Origin: an uncultured Rubrobacteraceae bacterium
Lineage (GTDB): Bacteria; Actinomycetota; Rubrobacteria; Rubrobacterales; Rubrobacteraceae
Reading direction: 5' to 3'
Length of the DNA: 64,000 bases
Assembly: GCA_902806055.1 (NCBI GenBank)
Contig: CADCVD010000154.1
Span: forward strand, 2,914 to 66,913
How positions within the stretch are numbered: position 1 is the first letter of the stretch; each line of letters starts with the position of its first letter. The notes below the pieces were generated by a model. That model was not told the DNA's origin. It did not search any database and saw only the letters and a list, made by a program, of their open reading frames with translations. The translations under genes and the position numbers were made by a program. Shown here one piece after another: positions 46,262-55,647 of this stretch.

Positions 46262-46610
46262 GCTGGACTCCCTCCCGGAGCTCACAGGGAGCCTCGATAT
46301 GCTTCGGCCCCTCGCCAACGGGTGTAGCTCGAAGTTCTCAGCAACGACTTCAAACTCCTCCTCGATGGCCCATATACTGATCGGGGCCACCCTGCTCCGC
46401 TCATGCACTGTCTCCCACGTTTCTCATAACAAGCGAGGTTCCGTAGCCACCGGCCGTCGACGTAGATGAGATTGTCCACGATCACGAATCAATCATACCG
46501 AGAAACGACGTCAATAGTGCCCTAAGGTTCTCTCACTTCCCGACTATGTACGTTTTCCCTACATATACGAGTCAAAGAGCAAACGAGCGGTACAGACGAG
46601 GGGGGATTGT

Positions 46611-48653
46611 TCAACGAACATCCACCACACCGTGGCGCAGAGCGAACACGAGTGCCTGCAGTCTCGAATGCATCCCCAGTTTGGCTAATATGCTCGCCAT
46701 GTGGTTACGCTCCGTGGGGAGACTTATGTTGAGCTGCCTGGCAATCTCCTTACCATCGAGACCTTCAGCTAGCGCCTTGAGCACCTCCTTCTCACGGGGT
46801 GTGAGTTGAGCTATGGCCTGGCTAGCCTCTTGCTCCTGCTCCCTGCGAGAGCTAGCGAACCTCAGCAGCTCCACGACCTCCTCCAAGGGCAGCAGCGTCT
46901 CCCCGGCCCTCAAGCGGCGCACAGCTTCCACGACCTCGTCTATCCCAGCCGACTTGTGAAGAACCCCCGCAGCCCCAGACTCGACCGCCCGAGCGATCTC
47001 CACACGGTCGAAATAGGCGCTCAGTACAAGCACCATCGCGTGCGGGCTAGCATCGCGCATCTCCTTGATAATCTCCCCGCCGTAGCCGTCTGGCAGGTTT
47101 AGATCTACGATCGCTACGTCTACCCCGTCAAGCATCGTACGCGCCTCGGCCAGCGATCCAGCCTGCCCTACGACGGTGAACCCCGGCTCTCTATCGAATA
47201 GGGCCGCTACCGCCTGCCGGAGAGAAGCATGGTCCTCGACGAGGAGGATGCGAATTTCCTCTAGAACTTGCCGGTCTTTCCTTAAGGCTAGCTCGAACCT
47301 TACCGTCGTGCCTACACCAAGCTCGCTTCTGATCTCCAGGTTTCCCCCCAGTACACGGGCCCGTTCCCGCATCCCCACTATCCCTATCCCGCCAGCTGCC
47401 TCCGAAGGATCGAAGCCTCGCCCATCATCTGAAACTTCAGCCCACAGCTTGTCCTCTGAAGTTCCCACCGCAACCCAAACGTGAGGAGCACCAGAGTGGC
47501 GCCGGGTGTTGACTAACGCCTCGCGCACGATTCGCAGGAGCTCCACCTGCGTCTCCTTGGGCAGCGGCGGGGGCGAACCTTCGATGGAGAGCTCTATCTC
47601 GCGCTCGGGCGAACTCTGTCGGTTGAGTTTCACGATCCACTGCAGCAACTCGGTCAGCGTCTGCTCCTGGTCTTCCCTCAGACGCAGGTCGTGGATCGCG
47701 CCGTGCAGCCCCTGCCCCGCTCGTATAAGCGCGCCGGCCGCCCGCTCCAGCCGACGATCCAGCTCCGATTCTCTGGATATCGCCTGGACGAGCTGAATCT
47801 CCGCCAGCGCATACGTCAGGTCTTGCAGAGCCTCGTCGTGTAGGTCGCGAGCTAACCGGCTGCGCTCTGCTTCCCGGACTTTGCGTAGCTTCTCCTCAGC
47901 TTCCTTACGCTCGGTCACATCCCGAGAGTTGGCTACTATCCCCTTGACGGTTGGGTCTTCGAGAAGATTGTTGCCGATCCATTCCATGTATCGCCAGGAG
48001 CCATCGGCGTGACGGAACCTCACCTCTGCGGGTCTGCTGGCTCCAGATCGCTTCGTTGCCTCACCGAATATGCTCCGCACTCGTTCGAGGTCGTCAGGAT
48101 GGACATAATCAAAAGCGTTCTGACCAACCAGATCTTCGGATCGGTACCCTAGCAGACGTTCGATCGAGGGGGATTCATAGCGTATGGTGCCGTCAGCATC
48201 TAGGACCGTGGTGATATCCGACGCGTTCTGCACTAGAGAGCGGAAACGCTTCTCGCTTTCCCCGAGTATCCTCAGCGTTCGCGTGAAAGCGTAACGGATA
48301 GAGCGTTCCAGCAATGGTGCGTCGATCTGCCCCTTGATCAGGTAGTCGGCCGCTCCGGCCTGCATCGCTTCCAGGTCCACTTCTCGGTCGCCCTGGCCGG
48401 TTAGAAAGATGATCGGAGCTTTGTAGCCTCTCTTCGAAGCCTCACGCAATAGTTCCAGTCCGCTGCGTTCTCCGAGACGGTAATCGAGGAGGCAAACGTC
48501 GTGCTCTTCGCGCTGGATCGCTTTGAGGGCGTCATCGTAATCGGTTACCCACTCAAGCTCGAGTCGCTCCATCTCGGAGAGCAAGTCACGAATTATTACG
48601 TAGTCATCCTCATCGTCCTCGACGAGGAGTACCTTTAGCAAAGCCTCATTCAT
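46611..48653 (-). CDS. Hybrid REC-PAS-HisKA_3-HATPase-REC-LuxR HTH regulator
   Basis: LLVEDD..LLDYRL; ERSRLARDLHD; DDGRGF; LLVEDH..VDLNLPD; LTPREKEVL..LAEG. Confidence 0.88.
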   Translation of the reverse strand: MNEALLKVLLVEDDEDDYVIIRDLLSEMERLELEWVTDYDDALKAIQREEHDVCLLDYRLGERSGLELLREASKRGYKAPIIFLTGQGDREVDLEAMQAGAADYLIKGQIDAPLLERSIRYAFTRTLRILGESEKRFRSLVQNASDITTVLDADGTIRYESPSIERLLGYRSEDLVGQNAFDYVHPDDLERVRSIFGEATKRSGASRPAEVRFRHADGSWRYMEWIGNNLLEDPTVKGIVANSRDVTERKEAEEKLRKVREAERSRLARDLHDEALQDLTYALAEIQLVQAISRESELDRRLERAAGALIRAGQGLHGAIHDLRLREDQEQTLTELLQWIVKLNRQSSPEREIELSIEGSPPPLPKETQVELLRIVREALVNTRRHSGAPHVWVAVGTSEDKLWAEVSDDGRGFDPSEAAGGIGIVGMRERARVLGGNLEIRSELGVGTTVRFELALRKDRQVLEEIRILLVEDHASLRQAVAALFDREPGFTVVGQAGSLAEARTMLDGVDVAIVDLNLPDGYGGEIIKEMRDASPHAMVLVLSAYFDRVEIARAVESGAAGVLHKSAGIDEVVEAVRRLRAGETLLPLEEVVELLRFASSRREQEQEASQAIAQLTPREKEVLKALAEGLDGKEIARQLNISLPTERNHMASILAKLGMHSRLQALVFALRHGVVDVR

Positions 48654-49115
48654 CTAACGCCCTATCCTACCGGGTGGAAGCGTGATGAGTTCGAACCAGT
48701 ATCCTCTCAGAGTCTTCATCGCTTCAATCAACGTCCCGAAGCTAGTGGGCTTGACTATGAACGAGTTAGCCCCTGATGCATACGCACGTGCGATATCTTC
48801 CTCAGCTTTTGAGGTGGTAAGAACCACGATAGGGATACACCTCAACTCAGGGGTCGCTTTGATTTCCTCGAGCGCTTGATGACCGCTTTTCCTGGGCATC
48901 TTCAAGTCTAATAAGATCAGATCAGGGTGCGGTGAGGCACTAGATTCGGCATATCTGCCACGGCGGTGAAGGTAATCCATTAGTTCTTCACCGTCCTCTA
49001 CTGAGCGCAGATCGGCCACTAAGCGACTCTCTTCCAGAGCCTCCTTAATCAGCAAGCGGTCGTCCGGGTCATCATCGGCTAGTAGCAGGGTAGTGTGCAG
49101 CTTAGCCTCTCTCAT
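48654..49115 (-). CDS. Single-domain response regulator (Rcp1-like)
   Basis: LLADDD, PDLILLDLKMP, VLTTS, GANSFIVKP. Confidence 0.92.
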   Translation of the reverse strand: MREAKLHTTLLLADDDPDDRLLIKEALEESRLVADLRSVEDGEELMDYLHRRGRYAESSASPHPDLILLDLKMPRKSGHQALEEIKATPELRCIPIVVLTTSKAEEDIARAYASGANSFIVKPTSFGTLIEAMKTLRGYWFELITLPPGRIGR

Positions 49116-51150
49116 AGGTTTCTTTGGCTTGTTTGATGGGCAGCGTAACGATGAACGTCGCTCCCTGCCCCGGTGCGCTCCTAGCCGTTATGCTCCCGCC
49201 ATGACGCTCGACCACCTTGCGGCAGATCGGCAACCCCATGCCCGTACCCGCGTAGGCAGCGCGGCTGTGTAGACGATGGAAGGGGGCAAAGACACGATCT
49301 AGGTACTTCTCATCGAAGCCTATACCGTTGTCCTCGACGAATATCTGGCAGACTCCAGTGTATGCTGGCTCTCCGTTTAGCTCCTCCTCCCGCTTCTGCA
49401 AGAGCCTGCCATATACCTTGACAACCGGCGCTTCCTTTTCCCGGTGAAACTTCAGAGCATTACCGATCAGGTTCTGTAGCAGTTGGCGCATCTGTAGACG
49501 ATCGGCCTCTACATTTGGCAACCCGCTGACCTCCACTCGGCCCCCTTCCTGGTCTATGCGAGCCTCCAAGTCGGAGACAACATCTAAGGCTACCTCGCTG
49601 AGGTTTACCGAAATGAAGGGTTGCGCCTTGGTTGTGACCCGAGAGAGCTCAAGCAGGTCGTCGATCAGGTTCTGCATCCGTGCTGCGGCGCCCTCCATGC
49701 GCTCCAGGTAATCACGCCCCTGCTTGCCTAGAACGTCACCGTACTTCGTATTGAGGCGATCACTGAAGGTACGGATCTTGCGCAGCGGCTCCTGCAGGTC
49801 ATGCGAGGCCACATAGGCGAAGTCCTGAAGGTCACGGTTGCTCTGGTTCAGCCTCGCAGCGTATGCCTTCAAGCTGTCCTCGGTTCGCTTACGCACGATC
49901 CCCTGAGCTATCGTACCAGCCACCGACGCCAGCGCACTAAGCGTAGCTTCCGGAAGTTGTTCCCTGGCAAATATTGCCAACACCCCCACTAGCCGATCTT
50001 CGACGATCAGCGGATAGCCAGCGAAGGCTACCATCCCCTCCCGTCTGGCCCACTCCTTATCGTGAACGCGGGGATCATCTAGAACGTTGTTGGTCAGGTG
50101 CGGTAAACGCTCCTCGGCGAGCCGGCCAATTTTAAACTTCCCGACAGGCACGCGACTATGCTCACCGTTGAGATGCGTGTACATCCCCGCACTAGCTTGC
50201 AGCTCCAGCACGTTTTCCTCTTCGTTTAGAGTCCAGACGCGGGCGAATGCCGCATCGAGGTGCCGAACGATGGCCTGTGTGCATCGCCGTAGGATCGTTT
50301 GCAAGTTACCACTCTCGTTAATAGCACCACCCACATCCTCACCCAACGCCGCTTGCCGCGCTCCCTCGATCAGTTCACGCTCTACTCCTTTGCGCTCGGT
50401 GATATCGTGGACGGTGCCGATGGCTCTTAGGGCCTCTCCTCTCTCTTCACGGACGACCTCTCCACGGCGGTGGATCCACCGTACCTCACCATTCGGTCGC
50501 ACTGTGCGGTGCTCGAAGTCGCATGACGCATTCTTGCGCGAAGCGTCGTTGATAACCGCTCTAAACAGGTGCCGATCATCCCGATGCAATATCTCCGCCT
50601 CCGTCTCGAGGGTGGGCGAGAATTGTTGCGGCTCGTATCCATAGATGCGGTAGGTCTCGTCCGACCACCACACCTCACCTGTTTTGAGGTCCCACCTCCA
50701 GCTGCCCAAGTGGGCTATACGTTGGGCTTCAGCTAGACTAGCCTCGCTACGACGCAGCTCCTCGGTATTCTTAAGTTCGGTGATGTCCGTAGAAACACCG
50801 ATGATGGCTGCTAAGGCTCCAGCCTCATCGTACACAGGGGTGTCGGTGACCATCGCAGGAAAGGTAGTTCCGTCCTTGCGGCGCACCTCCAACTCCCCCG
50901 ACCAGCTCCTCCCAGCTGCAAGCTCGGACATGATCTCCTCGGCTCGATCTACCAAATCCTCAGAAGGCGTAACCTCCACGACCGAACGGCCCATCACCTC
51001 CGTAGCAGACCAGCCGTAGAGTCTCTCTGCGGCCCTGTTCCAGTAGATGATCTTCCCCTGAGGATCGGTGGCTATGACAGCTTGACCAACCACATCAAGA
51101 AGCCGCGCCTGGAATCGGATCTCCTCCTCGGCCCGCTTGCGCTCAATCAT
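49102..51150 (-). CDS. PAS-PAS-GAF sensor histidine kinase
   Basis: FAYVASHDLQEPLR, NLIGNALKF, DNGIGF, GTGMGL. Confidence 0.92.
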   Translation of the reverse strand: MIERKRAEEEIRFQARLLDVVGQAVIATDPQGKIIYWNRAAERLYGWSATEVMGRSVVEVTPSEDLVDRAEEIMSELAAGRSWSGELEVRRKDGTTFPAMVTDTPVYDEAGALAAIIGVSTDITELKNTEELRRSEASLAEAQRIAHLGSWRWDLKTGEVWWSDETYRIYGYEPQQFSPTLETEAEILHRDDRHLFRAVINDASRKNASCDFEHRTVRPNGEVRWIHRRGEVVREERGEALRAIGTVHDITERKGVERELIEGARQAALGEDVGGAINESGNLQTILRRCTQAIVRHLDAAFARVWTLNEEENVLELQASAGMYTHLNGEHSRVPVGKFKIGRLAEERLPHLTNNVLDDPRVHDKEWARREGMVAFAGYPLIVEDRLVGVLAIFAREQLPEATLSALASVAGTIAQGIVRKRTEDSLKAYAARLNQSNRDLQDFAYVASHDLQEPLRKIRTFSDRLNTKYGDVLGKQGRDYLERMEGAAARMQNLIDDLLELSRVTTKAQPFISVNLSEVALDVVSDLEARIDQEGGRVEVSGLPNVEADRLQMRQLLQNLIGNALKFHREKEAPVVKVYGRLLQKREEELNGEPAYTGVCQIFVEDNGIGFDEKYLDRVFAPFHRLHSRAAYAGTGMGLPICRKVVERHGGSITARSAPGQGATFIVTLPIKQAKETYERG

Positions 51151-51601
51151 CCCGAGATCTTCTCCTCTATTTGCAGCAGGGTCCCGCCTTCGCTAGCAGG
51201 AACATATGCAAGAGGTAGCGGCATTGGAAATTAACCCATCGATAGTAGACACGGCACCGGAGATAAGATGATCCGTGGTACCAGTTTGAGCCATTTTTGC
51301 TAAAGCTCCTTCTTATAGTGCCATGACCCTCTTCTGGATCTACTACGCCTTCAATAATAACAACATCCCACCGCATAACTAACCCCATCCAGCTTCAGCA
51401 AGTTCTCATAGTACTAACTAACTAGATAAAGATGGCTCCTACGCCTCACGAAAATCAGTCAGCTTTAGGCGATCATATTTCTGGGTGGTCATGGAGCTTC
51501 AGATGCTATGCAGCGGGCCAGACACCCACTGGGGAAAGGGGGTCGCCAATGGCGGTTTCGACAGGCCGTCATTGGCGATTTACTACGGAAGGAGAGAGGT
51601 C

Positions 51602-51877
51602 ATGATCAATATAGTTGAGCGAACCCAGGGGCACTACGACGTCCAAGAGGTGGAGTTCGGCAGGGTCTATAGATGGTGCCCGGAGTGCGTCGTCGTGGAT
51701 TGCGACTGCGGCGAGAGACTGACCCTGACCGCCTCCTCAACTGCCGTGTGTCGCCAGTGCGGGGCAGACCATACGATCACCTTTCGAGCAGAGTTGGCCG
51801 CCGAGCGGTTAGGAGACGAGGTTCTCCACCCCTGGCGCTACGCTGAGGATCGCAAAGGCGCCAGCCTACCATGCTGA
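51602..51877 (+). CDS. Small Cys-rich hypothetical protein
   Basis: SD AAGGAGAGAGG; WCPEC, CDCGE, CRQCGADH. Confidence 0.65.
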   Translation: MINIVERTQGHYDVQEVEFGRVYRWCPECVVVDCDCGERLTLTASSTAVCRQCGADHTITFRAELAAERLGDEVLHPWRYAEDRKGASLPC

Positions 51878-52416
51878 GTCAGCAGACGACAGAAACTAAG
51901 GAAGAATACTGCGCCCCCCATACAGCACTTGAGAGGACAGAGCGGCATGCACTTCATCCGGTACTTTTACAGTACACGATAGCGCAGTACGAGAACAAAG
52001 GCCTGAGACTGCTCACGGTTCCTGTAAGATTCAGCGAGGAGGGGCTAATAGTATTCTCTTCTTGGGATACAGCTCAGAGTTTCTTGCTTTCTGGCGCTTA
52101 TCAGGGAGAGTGGCACGTAAGGGAATGCTCCGCAGGAGAACTGGTGTCGCTGCTGCTCGGACTTCACAAGGACCTTGACTGGGTCCTACTCAATCCTCTC
52201 CCAGCACGTCTCGTCCCGGGAGAAACCTCGACCAGCCTCGCACGCCGGGAAACCTTTGTGAACTACCTCTTGGGCAACGAAAGCAAAAGTGAAATCTGGG
52301 AGATCTCGAAGGTCTGCCTAGCATCCTCGGTCCGAGGTAAAGCGTCTATTCAGGAGAGGAGTAAGCCATGGAAGCTTCGCAAGGCTCACCAAACTTTTAC
52401 GACTTGGCGAGAGTAG
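51871..52416 (+). CDS. Hypothetical protein
   Basis: 181-aa ORF overlapping the previous gene in operon fashion. Confidence 0.5.
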   Translation: MLSQQTTETKEEYCAPHTALERTERHALHPVLLQYTIAQYENKGLRLLTVPVRFSEEGLIVFSSWDTAQSFLLSGAYQGEWHVRECSAGELVSLLLGLHKDLDWVLLNPLPARLVPGETSTSLARRETFVNYLLGNESKSEIWEISKVCLASSVRGKASIQERSKPWKLRKAHQTFTTWRE

Positions 52417-52615
52417 ATGGCAAGGGGAACAAAATCGGGAGAGCCTCTGCGAGTGAGCCTCTCTTCATCGGTCTTCCAAGCGCCCAACACGGCACCGAAA
52501 GGCTGAACACTCAGGAGGACTGGCTGCCTCTGGCGACTGCCGACCCCGCCTTCTGGCTCAAAGAAACGACCGTTAGTGAGGAAGCATCGGCAGAAAGATG
52601 CCCTACGAGTAGAGC

Positions 52616-52975
52616 GTGGTGAAGACGCGCGTTCTAGTAGCCTTCGAGAATGAATGCCGCATCTTCCAAGACGCGATAGCTGACGCTATCCGGATACTCC
52701 GTCCGCGGGTGGAGGTAGAAGCTGCCGAGCTAAGCGTACTTGCGAGCAAGGTGACAGGCTTCGACCCTCACCTGGTTATCTGCAGCCGGCCCAATACCTT
52801 TGAACACAACAAACCCGCCTGGATAGAATTGCCCCCAGACCCTAACCGGTTGGCGGAGATCTGCCTTGATAGGCAGATCTCCCAGGTGGCGAACCCCGCC
52901 CTGAAGGAGTTGCTCCGAGTCGTCGATGAGACAGAGAGGCTAACTCGAATAAAACAATACTTGGGGAACTGTTAG
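52616..52975 (+). CDS. Hypothetical protein, degenerate receiver-like N-terminus
   Basis: TRVLVAFE...DPHLVICS. Confidence 0.55.
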   Translation: MVKTRVLVAFENECRIFQDAIADAIRILRPRVEVEAAELSVLASKVTGFDPHLVICSRPNTFEHNKPAWIELPPDPNRLAEICLDRQISQVANPALKELLRVVDETERLTRIKQYLGNC

Positions 52976-52999
52976 AAGCAAAATGGACGCGAGACTTCT

Positions 53000-53021
53000 G
53001 GTAGCAGCGCGGTGGCAGCGC
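53000..53021 (+). repeat. 11-bp tandem repeat, possible integrase arm-type sites
   Basis: GGTAGCAGCGC GGTGGCAGCGC about 165 bp from the tRNA fragment. Confidence 0.4.
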
Positions 53022-53186
53022 GCCTCGTTGGGCAACATCCTAGCCAACCCCAGCCCCCGTGGCTCTCGCTGTCAGGTTCAGCGCGGTCTCAGAAATACTA
53101 GATTTACCCCACTATGCTCGAGAAGCCTCTAGTTTCGGTTTAAAGACTTTTCAGGGAGTATTAGACATAGATAAGCCGGATTCGAA

Positions 53187-53240
53187 AGAGCCGACGAGCG
53201 GACTCGAACCGCTGACCTGCTCATTACGAGTGAGCTGTTC
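53187..53240 (-). pseudogene. 3' fragment of tRNA-Thr(CGT), att-like
   Basis: GCTCA-CT-CGT-AA-TGAGC anticodon arm, AGCGG-TTCGAGT-CCGCT T-arm, CGTCGGC-T acceptor 3' strand; D-arm and 5' strand missing. Confidence 0.85.
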
Positions 53241-53394
53241 AATGTCTAAAGGAGCGGAAGCGCTGGCCTCACGTCTTCTAGCTTTCAAGAATTCTAACCT
53301 GCTGCTATTCGCTCGAAGCGCACCTCTCGCGCACCGTCGGCTAGGCGGGCGCGGAACCTTAGCCCAAGGTGTTGTGTACTTTGGGAACAACACC

Positions 53395-53698
53395 AGCGTG
53401 TAATACACAACTCCTGCGCAGTTGACGAGGACGTCCACTGGTCCCAACTCTTCTTCTGCGCGCGCTACCAGCGACTTGACCTGCTGACGATACGTAACGT
53501 CGGTGGCTGCGACAAGGCTTCTCGCCTCGCCTCCCCGACCTTCGAGTCCGGCTTGCACGTCGACTAGCGCACTTTCCCGGCGTGCCGCAAGCGCCAGGTG
53601 CATACCTTCGTGCGCTAGCGCGCGGGCTACCGCGGCGCCGATGCCGCTGGAGGCCCCGGTCACCACCGCAACACGTCCATACAAGATTCAGGGGTCAT
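53395..53698 (-). pseudogene. Truncated, frameshifted paralog of the 45.5-kb SDR
   Basis: MTPES/LYGRVAVVTGASSGIGAAV...GPVDVLVNCAGVVYYTL, then breaks off. Confidence 0.85.
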
Positions 53699-53879
53699 CC
53701 TCTGCACCTTCCCGGATCTCGCGGGGCAGCCCGGAGGACGCCCCGACTCATAGCCGTCTCACTTCTTCTGGTTCTAGAAAGCTCCAATACGCTGCTACTA
53801 CAGACTGCGACGCGCTCTCCAACGGGACCTAGCTGCAACCGAGCCTCTGTCACTCGTCGATAACTCTGGAGAGCGTTTC

Positions 53880-54640
53880 TCCGTGAAAGCGATGATACCT
53901 CCCCGGGCGTCGGCTGTGTGCGCGATGTCGGCGATGATCTGCGTCTCGTTCTCTATCTACGTCTCCAGCGTCTCGGCCCAACCGGTGTGCAGCAGCCGTT
54001 TGGCCGCGCCGAGCGCCTTCGTCGCGCCGTCGGCGAGCTGTTTCGCGAGTTCGGCGGCGTTCTCCGAGAGGATGTCGTCCGGCGCCACGCGGGTGACGAG
54101 GCCTCACCTCATCGCTTCTTGCGCCGACAGCTGCCGATTGGTGAGGGTGAGATGCATGGCCCGCTTGAAGCCCACGAGACGCCTCAGGTAGTATGTGGAA
54201 GACCCGTCCGGCGTGAGACCGGCTTTCGTGTAAGCCATGATGAAGCGGGCAGACTCAGCCGTGACGACGGCATCGGAGACGCAGGTGAGGCTGAGTCTCG
54301 CTCCGGCAGCGGCACCGTGTACCGCCGCCACCGGCGGGTCCAAGCGCGCCGTGCGCGATATGGTGGCGTGCAGGCAGGTCTTTACCTCTTTGAGGTGGCG
54401 GGAGAGCTGCTGTCCCTGCTCAGTAAAGCTTCTTAAGTCGCCGCCGACGCAGAACGTGCGCCCCCGCGCCGGCGAGCACCACCCCCCCGAACTTCCGGCT
54501 CCTAGTCACAAAGCATCACGGCGCTAAGCAGTCCTTGGGCCAACTCCGGGTTGAGCGCGTTGCCTCCTCCTTCTCGCAAAAAGCACGGGTCCTGTCCCCG
54601 ATCTCACGCTCCTCGTTTGTCAAGAGCGCCTCGCTCCTCG
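53880..54640 (-). pseudogene. Enoyl-CoA hydratase/isomerase pseudogene (ends approximate)
   Basis: FCVGGDL, AAVHGAAAG, GLTPDGSSTYYL; stops TGA 54104-54106 and TAG 53957-53959 plus frameshifts. Confidence 0.8.
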
Positions 54641-54737
54641 TAGCTTGGATCTCAATCTATGACACCTGCGACAAACATTCCCAAGCTCTCACCCCGCCCC
54701 TGACGGATTAGAGGTTTGTCTACCACGCCTCCCTTCC

Positions 54738-55580
54738 TCAATCCAGGAACAGGTCGACGGCGAGTTCTCTGCCCTCCGGGTCGGCGCGGTAGCATTCTAG
54801 ATCAGTAATGCCCTCCTCGGCGAGCACGTCCTCGTCGATGAAGAAGTTGCCGGTGCATTCGGGGTCCCGGACGAGAATCGCGTGCGCCGCGTCGGCCAGG
54901 ATCTCGGGGTTGCGCGATTGGGCCATCGCCTCCTCGCCGCCCAGGAGGTTCATGACCGCCGCCGTGGCGATCATCGTCCGTGGCCACAGAGAGTTGAAAG
55001 CGATCCCGTCCTCGCGGAACTCCTCGGCCCAGCCGAGTGTAAGCATGCTCATGTTGTACTTGGAGATCGTGTACGCCACGTGCGTCCCGAACCACTTGGG
55101 ATCCAGGTTCAGCGGCGGCGAGAGCGTCAGCACATGCGGATTGTCCGCCTGCTTGAGGTGCGGCAGACATGCCCTGGTCACTACAAACGTGCCGCGGGCG
55201 TTGATCTCCTGCATGAGGTCGTAGCCTTTGACCTTCAACTCCTCGGTCCCCGAGAGGTTGATCGCCGAAGCGTTGTTGACCACGACGTCGATGCCGCCGA
55301 ACTCCTCGACCGCGCGCTCCACGGCCTCTTCCACCGCGTCTGCGTCGCGGATGTCGCCCACGATCGGAAGCGCCCCTCCGCCCGCACCCCGGATCTCCTC
55401 GGCGGCGGTGTGAATAGTGCCAGGCAGCTTGGGGTGCGGCTCGTCGGTCTTGGCGATCAGCGCAACGTTGGCACCGTCTTGAGCGGCGCGCAGCGCGATC
55501 GCCAACCCAACCCCGCGGCTGCCGCCGGACATAAAGATCGTCTTGCCCTCAAGGGGCGCAGAAACATTATCAGTCGGCAC
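54738..55580 (-). CDS. SDR oxidoreductase, HSDL2-like
   Basis: SGGSRGVG, KTDEPHPKLPGTI, NNASAI, YTISKY, LWPRT. Confidence 0.9.
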   Translation of the reverse strand: MPTDNVSAPLEGKTIFMSGGSRGVGLAIALRAAQDGANVALIAKTDEPHPKLPGTIHTAAEEIRGAGGGALPIVGDIRDADAVEEAVERAVEEFGGIDVVVNNASAINLSGTEELKVKGYDLMQEINARGTFVVTRACLPHLKQADNPHVLTLSPPLNLDPKWFGTHVAYTISKYNMSMLTLGWAEEFREDGIAFNSLWPRTMIATAAVMNLLGGEEAMAQSRNPEILADAAHAILVRDPECTGNFFIDEDVLAEEGITDLECYRADPEGRELAVDLFLD

Positions 55581-55647
55581 GCACTTACTCCTTCCCTCTC
55601 ATGAAAGCACCAGGACTTGCTTGGAGCCCCGGCATCTTGCCGGGTGC

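Noticed and set aside
46282-46485. Fragment NLIYVDGRW resembling an aldehyde dehydrogenase N-terminus
   Set aside because: Too short, with no further ALDH motifs
49102-51150. Bacteriophytochrome call for the kinase
   Set aside because: The kinase core is Cph1-like, but there is no PASDIP motif or PHY domain
53059-53403. ORF containing EPTSGLEPLTCSLRV
   Set aside because: It is the antisense translation of the tRNA-Thr fragment
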